From Minisyncoccota bacterium (GTDB taxonomy: Bacteria; Patescibacteriota; Minisyncoccia; Phycocordibacterales; GWA1-40-21): DNA of 57,064 nucleotides. This document shows, piece after piece, positions 24,905 through 33,708 of the stretch. The position numbers and the translations under genes are program-made. The number at the start of each line of letters is the position of its first letter. Within the stretch, counting starts at the first letter, position 1. The stretch spans positions 1-57,064 of the forward strand of contig JAVHRR010000003.1 of NCBI GenBank assembly GCA_036171775.1, written 5' to 3'. Below the pieces are notes generated by a model. That model was not told the origin of the DNA, did not search any database, and was given only the letters and a program-made list of their open reading frames with translations.

Positions 24905-25912
24905 TTATTCACCAAATAGTACACTGAAACCACCACTTGCATATTGATTTATTTTATTAATGTTTTTTAAATCAAGTGATATAGACGCAATTCCTTTTTG
25001 TGTGGTTGTCGCTTGTCTCATTATTATTTCATTTGTTTTTCCTGCTGGCGATACATAACCGTCATTTACATACCAGGAATAATCAGAATTTTGAGATGAG
25101 TCTGTAAGAAAATCAAAAGAAAAAGGTTTTGCAACAATACTTAACTCCTCTTTATTCCCAAGGAAATAGTCTCCAAAAATAGCTTTGTTGTACAATATAC
25201 CGTACAAAGGACTGTTTTCAAAAAACAATATTTTCGGATCATTTTTTACAATTAATTTAGATGTCTCTACCAAGATGTTGCCAGACTCATCTGTAATTTG
25301 GACAGCAACATTGATATCTCTTATAGGAATAATACTATTTACAACAATCGAGTTTTGTCCTTTCCCGGAATTATCAGCTAAAACATTATTATCTCTAGAC
25401 CAAGTAAAATTTAAATTCTTAGCGGGTATTTTTATACCACTAACCATTATATCTGGTAGAGCGATGATTTTAACTTTACCTTCAGCCACAAAATACGGTT
25501 TGCCTTTATAAAAAGGAAGAGTATAAGACATCGGCTCTATTACAAGGTCTATTCCAGCTAAAGACAGATCTTTAGATGTTTCTTTTATTATTCCATCTGA
25601 AGTTCCAACAACAACCCTAACATTTATCTTTTCATCAGTGTTTTTTGTTTTTATTACGATACTCTTACTCGTACTTTCTCTTCTAACGACACCATCTACA
25701 TACCAAACAATTTTTGACGAGCTTAAATCTAATAATTCACTTGAAACAGTAAAAACAACACTATCGCCAGCTCGTGGAGAGGATGGTGAAAAGCTCAAAT
25801 TAACTGATGAAATAGAATTAGAAACAGATTCTTGGGCCACAACAACACCAATAGAATAAAAAGCTATTAGTATCAGAGAGAGCTGAATTGATTTTTTTAA
25901 TAAACCTGACAT
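24905..25912 (-). CDS. secreted hypothetical protein in the T4SS-like locus
   Basis: 335 aa with a signal/anchor segment and a beta-rich sequence. No family recognised. Confidence 0.5.
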   Translation of the reverse strand: MSGLLKKSIQLSLILIAFYSIGVVVAQESVSNSISSVNLSFSPSSPRAGDSVVFTVSSELLDLSSSKIVWYVDGVVRRESTSKSIVIKTKNTDEKINVRVVVGTSDGIIKETSKDLSLAGIDLVIEPMSYTLPFYKGKPYFVAEGKVKIIALPDIMVSGIKIPAKNLNFTWSRDNNVLADNSGKGQNSIVVNSIIPIRDINVAVQITDESGNILVETSKLIVKNDPKILFFENSPLYGILYNKAIFGDYFLGNKEELSIVAKPFSFDFLTDSSQNSDYSWYVNDGYVSPAGKTNEIIMRQATTTQKGIASISLDLKNINKINQYASGGFSVLFGE

Positions 25913-25936
25913 CTTGATATAAATTATAACATAACT

Positions 25937-26015
25937 AGGTTGTAGTCGGTAGCTTCTTGGCTTCTTAGAAAATTAATACTTTATTTTAGTTCCTAAAAAG
26001 CTACAAACTACCTCC
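25937..26015. repeat. family A intergenic palindrome inside the T4SS-like locus
   Basis: aggttgtagtcggtagcttcttggcttcttagaa ... ttcctaaaaagctacaaactacctcc. Confidence 0.65.
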
Positions 26016-26026
26016 TACCACCTGTG

Positions 26027-27844
26027 TTACAGTCCCTGCGTCATTTTTAACTCCTCTTTTGCTTTTTTAATATTAAACAATTGTGATGGATCTGAAGTAA
26101 TAATCTGGTCTTCCGTATATGAGGCAATGATTTTGATAGCCACGTGTTTTAAACCCACAAAGAACATTCCCTCCCCCACATTTGATTCCAAAAGAAGGTA
26201 TTTTTCTTCATCAGTTAGGTTGAATACTTTTTGAAGATTATCAACAACGGTTGGAGACTGCTTCAAGAGTATCAACATTGAAGAGTTTGTAACGATAGGA
26301 AGTCCATAAGGAGATTTTAAGAAGTCCTCCACATCTTGAGTAATCGTGGAAAGGCCCAAGAAGTATTTTCGTCCCCTTTTTGCCATTGAGAACAAGAAAG
26401 AAGCAGCGTCATCTGACTTCATCATAATCCAAGCCTCATCCACCACCAAAAGTCTCTTCTTTTTATTTCTTTTTACAGCATTCCATATATAGTGGGTGAT
26501 AATATACATCGCAACTGTTTTTAACTCCTCTTCCATATCACGAATTGAAAATACAATAAATTTGTAGTTAATATTTATGTTTGTTGGTTTGTTTAGGAAA
26601 CCCGCCCAAGTACCTCTTGTATATTTTGAAAGTCTTTGGACGATAGACTCTGCCCCTTTCATTCCCGCAAGAACAAGTTCAAAGTCAGAAAGTAGAGGCG
26701 GTTCAACATTTGAAAAATCTGAGTCTGGAGTAATGTCTTTAAGTGCATAAGTCTCAGAAATAGCACGATCTATAATCGCATCTTCCTCAGGGGTAAGTCC
26801 ACCAAGCATGATTCTGAAAAGACCCACAAGGTTTATAATATTGCTTCTTAAAACATCCGCAGGTGACTCATCTTCTCCTGGCACAGGAAGATCGAAAGGA
26901 TTGATGTGGCTCGTTGAGTTTAGAGAAATATTGAAAGACTTCCCTCCTGTCGCCTCTGCTAACGCAGCGTATTCATTTTCAGGGTCAATAACCATAACGT
27001 CAATATCAAACATAAGGCTTCTTAGGATTTCTAGTTTTGTACAATAAGATTTACCAGAACCAGCCTTTGCAAAAGTAACCGAACTGTAATTTTCTAAAGA
27101 AAATCTATCAAAAATGACCAAGCTGGCATTGTGTCTGTTTATACCGTAAAGAATACCTTTGTCAGATGTAAGGTCAAAAGAAACAAAAGGAAAAATACTA
27201 GACAATGGTGAAGAGTTGAGCTTAGAGTGTACTTCCAAAAGGTCCGTTTCTATAGGAAGAATGCTCTTGAAACCTTGTTCTTGTTGGAAAAGAGCTGGTT
27301 TTACATATATCATTTTAGACTCTAGGATTGATTTGATTTCTGACTCTATTTTGTCCAACTCATTTTCAGTGTCGCCATATAAAGTGATATAAAGACCGAC
27401 ATCAAACAGCTTTTCTTGGGCTTGCATTAGACTGTCGCGCAAAGATTCTAGGTCTTGAGATGCGGTATCAAGCATCGGATCTCTCACGAGCCCTTTCTTT
27501 GTTCTTTCATTTATTTGGCTTTGTACTTCAGCTACCTTTTTTTGAAATTGTTTTAAAACCTTAGCTGTATCTACAGGGTGTATAAATATTGAAATATTAA
27601 AAACTTTATCAAGGTTTATTACAGGAGAAAACCAACTTTCTGTTAAATAACGAGGGTATGAAATAACAAAAAACGTTCTAACAATTTTTTCTCCAAGATT
27701 TAGCTGCTTGGGTGATATTTTTAATGCAGATGGCGCAATAATATCTTGCAACTCCAAAACACCAGCCTCATATATTTCTTGTGGCAAGAATGATGTAAGT
27801 TGTTCCTCTTTCTTTTTTGGTTTTAAAAAATCCAGTAATGACAT
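26027..27844 (-). CDS. VirB4/TrbE-like type IV secretion ATPase
   Basis: 605 aa with Walker A FAKAGSGKSY and Walker B RLLVVDEAW. The overall layout is a VirB4-type N-domain plus a C-terminal ATPase. Confidence 0.8.
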   Translation of the reverse strand: MSLLDFLKPKKKEEQLTSFLPQEIYEAGVLELQDIIAPSALKISPKQLNLGEKIVRTFFVISYPRYLTESWFSPVINLDKVFNISIFIHPVDTAKVLKQFQKKVAEVQSQINERTKKGLVRDPMLDTASQDLESLRDSLMQAQEKLFDVGLYITLYGDTENELDKIESEIKSILESKMIYVKPALFQQEQGFKSILPIETDLLEVHSKLNSSPLSSIFPFVSFDLTSDKGILYGINRHNASLVIFDRFSLENYSSVTFAKAGSGKSYCTKLEILRSLMFDIDVMVIDPENEYAALAEATGGKSFNISLNSTSHINPFDLPVPGEDESPADVLRSNIINLVGLFRIMLGGLTPEEDAIIDRAISETYALKDITPDSDFSNVEPPLLSDFELVLAGMKGAESIVQRLSKYTRGTWAGFLNKPTNININYKFIVFSIRDMEEELKTVAMYIITHYIWNAVKRNKKKRLLVVDEAWIMMKSDDAASFLFSMAKRGRKYFLGLSTITQDVEDFLKSPYGLPIVTNSSMLILLKQSPTVVDNLQKVFNLTDEEKYLLLESNVGEGMFFVGLKHVAIKIIASYTEDQIITSDPSQLFNIKKAKEELKMTQGL

Positions 27845-27858
27845 AATGTTATAAATTT

Positions 27859-27955
27859 AAAGATAAAAATGAAAAATGTAAAATTATAAACGCATTCTTT
27901 TGAATTAAATTTTCTATTTTGAATTTTATTTTTGATCTTTTCATTTTACTTTTTT
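27859..27955. repeat. family D inverted-repeat unit, ORF-less
   Basis: The arms are aaagataaaaatgaaaaatgtaaaatt and aattttatttttgatcttttcattttactttttt. The right arm overlaps the stop codon of the 27954-28586 ORF. Confidence 0.65.
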
Positions 27956-28586
27956 AATTTGGAATAATTGGTTTCTCCATATCTCCAGGGTTAAATATTT
28001 TATAGAATAATTCTACAATTTCCTCTGTTCCAAGCTGTGCCGTTCTAATACCACATCTAGATAAACCTTGTGAAATTGTGCCAATTCTCTGCTCCATTTG
28101 CGTTCTATTTTCATCAAAATGGTTTTTGTTTCCCGTGTTTACTTGAGGTGATCCACCTAATAGTTGACCAAAAGCACTTGAAGATTGCGAACCTGAGGTT
28201 GATGGAGAAAATGGTATTACTATAAAAAATGTTTTAGTCATTATACTTGTTTGCTCAACAAAGTTTTTCACAAACTGAATGTATTCTTTAATTTGTATTT
28301 TCATAAGATCCCCTACCTCATTTTTGTATCTTCCCTCCAACGTAGCCAAATATGGGCGAATATCTAATTCTCTAGATTGAATAGATATTTGAATAGAAAA
28401 ATCCAAACCGTTCAAGAAATTTTGGAACTGCATTATAATACCCTGCTGTTCATCTACAGACTTTAAAGCAAAGTTTACAGAAGAAGCCATAACAACAGAT
28501 CTCATTGAGCCGTCTTTTAATATGACAATTCCGTCACGTATTTCTTTTATTGGAACAAATTCTTGTGTGGCTTTAGATATGGGCAT
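27954..28586 (-). CDS. hypothetical protein in the T4SS-like locus
   Basis: A 210-aa ORF immediately upstream of the VirB4-like gene on the same strand. No family recognised. Confidence 0.5.
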   Translation of the reverse strand: MPISKATQEFVPIKEIRDGIVILKDGSMRSVVMASSVNFALKSVDEQQGIIMQFQNFLNGLDFSIQISIQSRELDIRPYLATLEGRYKNEVGDLMKIQIKEYIQFVKNFVEQTSIMTKTFFIVIPFSPSTSGSQSSSAFGQLLGGSPQVNTGNKNHFDENRTQMEQRIGTISQGLSRCGIRTAQLGTEEIVELFYKIFNPGDMEKPIIPN

Positions 28587-28591
28587 AATTC

Positions 28592-29062
28592 AAATGTAAA
28601 AAGTAAAGAGAAAAGTGAAAAAATAAAATTATAAAATTAAAAATAACAAATCACCTCTTCCCTCTCAGTGTAATTATACTAGATCCAAGGATATTTGCTA
28701 ATTCCACAGCTTCTTTTCTTAGTGAATCGACATCCTGACCTGCAGCTTTACCAGAATCAATCAATATCCCAAGCCAAAAAACTGTTTCATTTGCTGACTT
28801 TAAAGCGTGACTTATAAAATTTGTAAAATCTTTTTTACTGCTTCCTGCTTGTGCTTCTATGATATTAGCTCCAATACTAGTCGCGCTTCTTATTAGTTGT
28901 TTAGCTATTACTTCCGAAGACAAACCGTTTTTTATTATTATATCTATAAGTTTTATAATATTTAAGGCAAAAAAATAACTTCTTTTTTTGATATCATGTT
29001 TGTTAATATTATTTATCATTTATTTTTTAACTTTAAACTTTATTTTTACTTTTTACTCTTTT
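28592..29062. mobile_element. family D inverted repeats carrying a four-helix-bundle gene
   Basis: The left arm is aaatgtaaaaagtaaagagaaaagtgaaaaaataaaatt and the right arm is ttaaactttatttttactttttactctttt. The single ORF 28651-29019 lies between them. Confidence 0.6.
28651..29019 (-). CDS. four-helix-bundle protein (23S rRNA intervening-sequence protein / Avd-like family)
   Basis: 122 aa with the family pattern LIRSATSIGANIIEAQAGSSKKDF...ALKSANETVFWL. Confidence 0.75.
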   Translation of the reverse strand: MINNINKHDIKKRSYFFALNIIKLIDIIIKNGLSSEVIAKQLIRSATSIGANIIEAQAGSSKKDFTNFISHALKSANETVFWLGILIDSGKAAGQDVDSLRKEAVELANILGSSIITLRGKR

Positions 29063-29495
29063 ATTTTTGATCTTCCCTTGTTAGTGGATTTAAACTTTCT
29101 TTTATGTCCAAACTCCAAGTCAAATCCTTCAGCTTACTCCCTGACATTTTAGGAACCGAAACCAAAGATTTTGCCTTTTGTAGTTGATCAACAAGCTCGG
29201 TGGCAGGTTTCTTTTCTGTTTTTTTCCACAAATACAACTTATCGCCCAACATGTAGTAAAAAAAGGCTTGAACCACATCCACAAAGGGTTTATCATTTAT
29301 TCTGTAGAAAGTAAGTGCCAATGAAAAAGCGACAATTGGAATTATAATAAGTATTGCAATAAATTTATATGGAATATACATATAAAGAGCTATTGCTGCA
29401 CCCGCACCACCAGCCATATATAAAAACTGTTTCAAGGTAAATGGCCCGAAAATCTTATCCTCGACTTCTATAAATTGTGGTACTTGGAATTGCAT
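29061..29495 (-). CDS. PrgI family (VirB3-like) membrane protein
   Basis: The N-terminus MQFQVPQFIEVEDKIFGPFTLKQFLY is followed by two TM helices. I recall this as the hallmark of PrgI-family T4SS proteins. Confidence 0.6.
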   Translation of the reverse strand: MQFQVPQFIEVEDKIFGPFTLKQFLYMAGGAGAAIALYMYIPYKFIAILIIIPIVAFSLALTFYRINDKPFVDVVQAFFYYMLGDKLYLWKKTEKKPATELVDQLQKAKSLVSVPKMSGSKLKDLTWSLDIKESLNPLTREDQK

Positions 29496-29504
29496 ATTTT
29501 TAAC

Positions 29505-29583
29505 AGGTTATAGGCCGTAGCTTTTTAGCTTTTTAGGAAATGCATTAATTGTATTTCCTAAGAAGCTAATAAGCTACAAGCTA
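29505..29583. repeat. family A intergenic palindrome inside the T4SS-like locus
   Basis: aggttataggccgtagctttttagctttttaggaa ... ttcctaagaagctaataagctacaagctag. Confidence 0.65.
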
Positions 29584-29587
29584 GTTT

Positions 29588-30343
29588 TTAAATTACCGCT
29601 TCTCTATATGGATCACCTGAAAGTTTGTTCTTTTCAGGTAATTTTGTATCCATTTTAATCACTACTGTTTCTTTTGGTAATACTACAGGGGTGTTTAGTT
29701 TGTCTGTCACACTGCTAACGGGTGAAATATTCTTGTGAAAATAAGGTGGCTTTGGAACCACGGACGAAACTACAGGTAAGATTGCTGCAGGATTGATTTG
29801 TTCAGGAAGAATATCAGGCCTTACTTCAACTATACTATTTGAGGTAAACTTCGGCATTTCTATGCCAACATTGTTTGATTTTAAAGAACTAATAGAAATA
29901 GATTGCTCATTTTCTTTTATATTTTCTGGGTGTTCTATTCCCTCGAGGACCTCTTCTTTCGTAGGCTCCTTTTCAAAAGCTTGGACTTTTTCTGTTTCAG
30001 CAATAATTTTATCTTCTTCTAGTATTTGGTCATTTATTTGCTTCAAAGCTTCTCTGATGTTTTTGAATATCAATTCATTTACATCATGAGCTACTAATGA
30101 TGCCTGTGCGCTTGATAAGCCAACATTTACCACAAGATTTCCTAAATATTTGTTCATGGGTTCTATCCCAGCCATTACCAATGTTGTTTCGGCCTCAAGC
30201 TTCCCTGCTTGGTCTATCATCAACTTGTTGTTTTTTACAACTTCCTGCAATTTCTTAGGATAGTCAATAGAATAGATAGCCTGTTTTAATTCAGGTGGTA
30301 GTGTTTCTATATAATCTTTGAAATCTTTGTCGTTGTCTTGCAT
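29588..30343 (-). CDS. hypothetical protein in the T4SS-like locus
   Basis: 251 aa with no signal peptide, a helical N-half and a Pro/Val-rich C-half. Confidence 0.5.
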   Translation of the reverse strand: MQDNDKDFKDYIETLPPELKQAIYSIDYPKKLQEVVKNNKLMIDQAGKLEAETTLVMAGIEPMNKYLGNLVVNVGLSSAQASLVAHDVNELIFKNIREALKQINDQILEEDKIIAETEKVQAFEKEPTKEEVLEGIEHPENIKENEQSISISSLKSNNVGIEMPKFTSNSIVEVRPDILPEQINPAAILPVVSSVVPKPPYFHKNISPVSSVTDKLNTPVVLPKETVVIKMDTKLPEKNKLSGDPYREAVI

Positions 30344-30360
30344 AATTTTAATAATCTATG

Positions 30361-33249
30361 TTATTTGCTGTCTTCTTTCATTTGCTTAGCCACCTTTTTT
30401 GCTAATTCATCGGCAGCTTTTTCTTCCTTGGCTTTATCCTTGTCTGATTGGCTTGTACCCATTTCGGCAGCCCGTGCAATCTCGGCGTTTTCTGGTGTAA
30501 AGTTAGCACTAAGGAATTTATTTCTTATATATTTAGCATAGTTCGCTTTGGTATTCTTGCTTTCTTGAATTGTTTCTATTGTTGAACTAGATAATCCCCC
30601 CCTTAGGTTTGGTCTAACATAACCAAAAGTTGCTTTGTTTACCGCTCCAGATATTCCACCTCCAACAAAATCAGCCATCTTATCAAGTCCTTCCAAAGCA
30701 AAATTTTTCTTACTTAAATCATCTTTTATTTTACTAAGTTTATTGTCTAATTCTTTTATATCATTATTTATTTCAGCTGCTTTTGTCTGTTCTTCAGTTT
30801 TTGTTTTTATGTCGTCATCTAATTTTGCAGATTCTTTTCTGGCGATAACAAGTTCTTTTTCAATTTTATCTTTTTCAAATGTTGTTAGTGCCTTTTGCTT
30901 ATCAGCTTCAAGTTTTTGTTGCAGAGCTATATTTGCCAATTTATCAGCTTCAAGTTTTTTCTTCTCATTGTCGAGCTTCTGCATATTTTTATCAGATTCC
31001 TTGAAATTTTCTCCAGTGCCAGCAGCCTGAAGTTTCTTCATTGCCTCTTTTGGATTGTTTTGAAGAGTTTGTCTTTGTGATTTAATTGCATCCAATTTCT
31101 TTGACAAAGTTTTGGCTTCGGTGACCTCACCATTTCTTGTTGCATCCTCAATTTGCTTTTCTAATTTTATTTCTTCTTGTTTAAATCTTTCCACTATTTC
31201 TCTATCAACAACTCTCTTTTCATAATCACCCGCCGCACCTTCAAAAGCCTCAGCTTGTTTAACAGCATCTTTTTTCTGCTTATCCATCAAGCCAGAGAAC
31301 CCTGTTTGTCCTTTCCCGTATTCTCCACTCGCTTTCAAGTAACTCTTGTCTATGATACCACCACCAATACCGCTAATTGTTCCTGCCTGTCCGAGCACCT
31401 CTTTCAAAGCGGTTGTATTTCTCATATCAAATGTGCCAGTCGATGCGCTCTTTAGTGTTCCAAGTGTTGCTTTTGCTATATTGCCGCCGATAAAGCTTCC
31501 TGAAGCAGCAGCGTTGCTGAGCCTTTGTCCATATTTGCTGTTTGCGAGTGCGTTTGCTCCTCTTCCTGCTACCTGTCTTGCAACAAGAGCTGTTCCTCCA
31601 GTAGCCGCGCCAAGAGCTAGACCTGTTCCTACCTGCGCTATTTTGTCTACAAAGTTGCCCATAGGACCACTCAAACTCTTTGTTAGACTGACTGATTTTA
31701 GAAGAAGATAAACAACAAGGAAGAAATTAAAGAATACCATCATAGGACCAGTCGATGCTTGCTTAGCAAGAATTTGAGAAAGTCGGATAGTTAACAACAT
31801 AAAAAACATAATAGCTGGAGCAATCAAAACTTGATCCTGAAGGCTTTTACGCCAAGCTGTAGAAAATGTACCGATTCCAGGAATAACTTCACCAACAAAA
31901 CCAATAGGAGAAGTGGCCATAAGCACCACCAACATCACAAACCTACCTATAAGAAGTGCAGAAAGGGCGAAAAATACAAAAGTGGTTATTAAAAACAAAA
32001 CCAACCTAGTAAATGCGTTTAATAAGCCAGAGACACCAACAATACTTGCTGCTGAAGTGGCGGTGTTGTTGTTTTTAGTACTATCATAAATAGTTGTAAG
32101 ATTTAAACCATCCATAATCATTCCGCTCAAATCAATATTTGTGATTGCCCCAGAAGAACCTCCAACGGCTTTTAATAAGCCTTGTGTTTTAGAAGTAGAT
32201 TCGTCAGTTACCGTTTGTATCTGATTGTATATTGAAGTTGCTACAAGATTGCTAGCGTCTATGACAACTCTAGTTATAAAAAAACTAAAATTAATTAGAA
32301 CAGCAGAAATAATTATGGACATCAAAATCTTTTGTGCCGCCACCCCAGTAACTATCTGCTTAATGGCAGCATATAGAAGTATGAAAATAAATGTAATGTT
32401 TGCTGTGTCTCTAAGTAAAACCCAAACGGTTTGAATAGAACCATTTAAATCTTTAGTAAAGCCAGTACCAAAAATAGTGAACTGCACAGAAAAATCCAAA
32501 ATACTACCCGCAACAGCCAAAAGAAATGAGGCGATTGGTATTGTAATGAACTCGAGAACGAAGGCTATAACACCGCCAGCTTGGTCAGCAGCAAATTGTG
32601 CAATCGAACCCACAGTACCAGCCAAACCTCCCCAAATAATATCCCACACAGTTGTTTGATTAACCTTTTCTCTTCCAATGGATGCATTGTATTCTTGAAG
32701 AGCGGTGTCATACTGGACGGCCAAAGCAGCAATATTTGCAGGCATACCCATTGAGGTAACTTCAGCTTGTGTATAGTTTGGAATATCTGTAGCAATATTA
32801 CCATGCTGATATTGCTTGTTATTTTCTGTTCCTGGCATAAATGCGTTATTATACCAAAGACCATCACCTTTATAGGTAAAATCACCCGTGCTTATCGTCC
32901 CAGTTAAATCTTCTTTGTATTTAACTGACCAAGTGGGTGGAATCGGTGCTTTTGACGCTTGAGATATTGAACATTGGCGAGTTAAAGAGGTCAAAGGAAC
33001 AACAGTACATCCAGCAGGTACTGTAGACAATACAGCACAGTTTGCGAAGCTTGAGCCACCCGGACTAGTGTTACATGTCGTACTCCAACTTGCGCAACCG
33101 CACGATGCAGCTTGAACGACAGAGATATTAAAGGAGAAAAAACCAACCAATATAATTATGGTAGATAAAATAAATGCAACAGATTTTTTTGTAAAAAATC
33201 TTTTCGTCCTGTAGTGAAATTTTGACTTGTTAAATTTTTTGTTTTCCAT
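30361..33249 (-). CDS. VirB6/TrbL-like polytopic membrane protein with a Cys-rich ectodomain and a long K/E-rich coiled-coil tail
   Basis: 962 aa with an N-terminal anchor, a Cys-rich segment (ASCGCASWSTTCNT...), at least 6 TM helices in residues ~215-540, a Gly/Ala-rich tract and a charged tail of about 330 aa. The first 15 codons lie inside the GIY-YIG element. Confidence 0.6.
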   Translation of the reverse strand: MENKKFNKSKFHYRTKRFFTKKSVAFILSTIIILVGFFSFNISVVQAASCGCASWSTTCNTSPGGSSFANCAVLSTVPAGCTVVPLTSLTRQCSISQASKAPIPPTWSVKYKEDLTGTISTGDFTYKGDGLWYNNAFMPGTENNKQYQHGNIATDIPNYTQAEVTSMGMPANIAALAVQYDTALQEYNASIGREKVNQTTVWDIIWGGLAGTVGSIAQFAADQAGGVIAFVLEFITIPIASFLLAVAGSILDFSVQFTIFGTGFTKDLNGSIQTVWVLLRDTANITFIFILLYAAIKQIVTGVAAQKILMSIIISAVLINFSFFITRVVIDASNLVATSIYNQIQTVTDESTSKTQGLLKAVGGSSGAITNIDLSGMIMDGLNLTTIYDSTKNNNTATSAASIVGVSGLLNAFTRLVLFLITTFVFFALSALLIGRFVMLVVLMATSPIGFVGEVIPGIGTFSTAWRKSLQDQVLIAPAIMFFMLLTIRLSQILAKQASTGPMMVFFNFFLVVYLLLKSVSLTKSLSGPMGNFVDKIAQVGTGLALGAATGGTALVARQVAGRGANALANSKYGQRLSNAAASGSFIGGNIAKATLGTLKSASTGTFDMRNTTALKEVLGQAGTISGIGGGIIDKSYLKASGEYGKGQTGFSGLMDKQKKDAVKQAEAFEGAAGDYEKRVVDREIVERFKQEEIKLEKQIEDATRNGEVTEAKTLSKKLDAIKSQRQTLQNNPKEAMKKLQAAGTGENFKESDKNMQKLDNEKKKLEADKLANIALQQKLEADKQKALTTFEKDKIEKELVIARKESAKLDDDIKTKTEEQTKAAEINNDIKELDNKLSKIKDDLSKKNFALEGLDKMADFVGGGISGAVNKATFGYVRPNLRGGLSSSTIETIQESKNTKANYAKYIRNKFLSANFTPENAEIARAAEMGTSQSDKDKAKEEKAADELAKKVAKQMKEDSK

Positions 33250-33527
33250 ATAGATAACACCGCAACCTCCTCTTTAACAATCTACCTCCCTATGTTGTTT
33301 TTAAATATCGCTCGCGTCTTACAGCGTCTTCTTTATTTAAGCAACTTTCGTAATATATTATTTTCCAAGGTTTGTACCGTTTTGTGGAAAAATTTAAACC
33401 AAGATTATGTTCTTTAAAGCGTTTTTTGAGATCTGACGTAAAACCTGTGTACAACTCATTATTCTTCACACTTTGTAATATATAGTTGTAGAACATAATC
33501 GAGTCAAAATTCTACTACGGGATTCAT
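33203..33527 (-). mobile_element. GTAG-core inverted-repeat unit carrying a GIY-YIG nuclease ORF
   Basis: Termini are ttcgtcctgtagtgaaattttgactt (33203-33228) and agtcaaaattctactacgggattcat (33502-33527). The interior is filled almost entirely by the GIY-YIG reading frame. Confidence 0.7.
33230..33496 (-). pseudogene. GIY-YIG nuclease family (COG2827/UPF0213-like) ORF with an in-frame TAG
   Basis: The 68-aa ORF contains FYNYIL, LYTGFTSDLKKRFKEHN and RRERYLKTT. After the TAG at 33290-33292 the same frame continues as GGRLLKRRLRCYLYGKQKI to a TAA at 33230-33232. That restores the usual family length of about 88 aa and the YLKTxxGxxxLKxRL tail. Confidence 0.7.
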
Positions 33528-33640
33528 TAGACTAACAAATTATAACACTTGCAATAAATTAAATAAAGGCAAATGGGTGTTTATTATTATATTTTTGTAA
33601 TGTCTCTAAAATTGTAAAAAAAATAAATGAACAAACTAAA

Positions 33641-33675
33641 AAAGAAGGGTTTTCGCTCTGCGAAAACCCTTCTTT
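33641..33675 (-). terminator. terminator after the 837-aa repeat protein gene
   Basis: Hairpin aaagaagggttttcg / cgaaaacccttcttt. It splits the secretion locus into at least two transcription units. Confidence 0.65.
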
Positions 33676-33708
33676 CTTAGTTTGTTTTAAGACTCCTTCC
33701 CCACTATC

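Noticed and set aside
28651-29019. A diversity-generating retroelement, because an Avd-family four-helix-bundle gene is present.
   Set aside because: No reverse transcriptase ORF and no template/variable repeat pair is visible anywhere in the window.
33290-33292. The in-frame TAG in the GIY-YIG ORF as evidence of stop-codon reassignment.
   Set aside because: TAG clearly terminates polA at a normal C-terminus, and TGA terminates tsaE. The genome uses the standard code, so the TAG is best read as a nonsense mutation (pseudogene).
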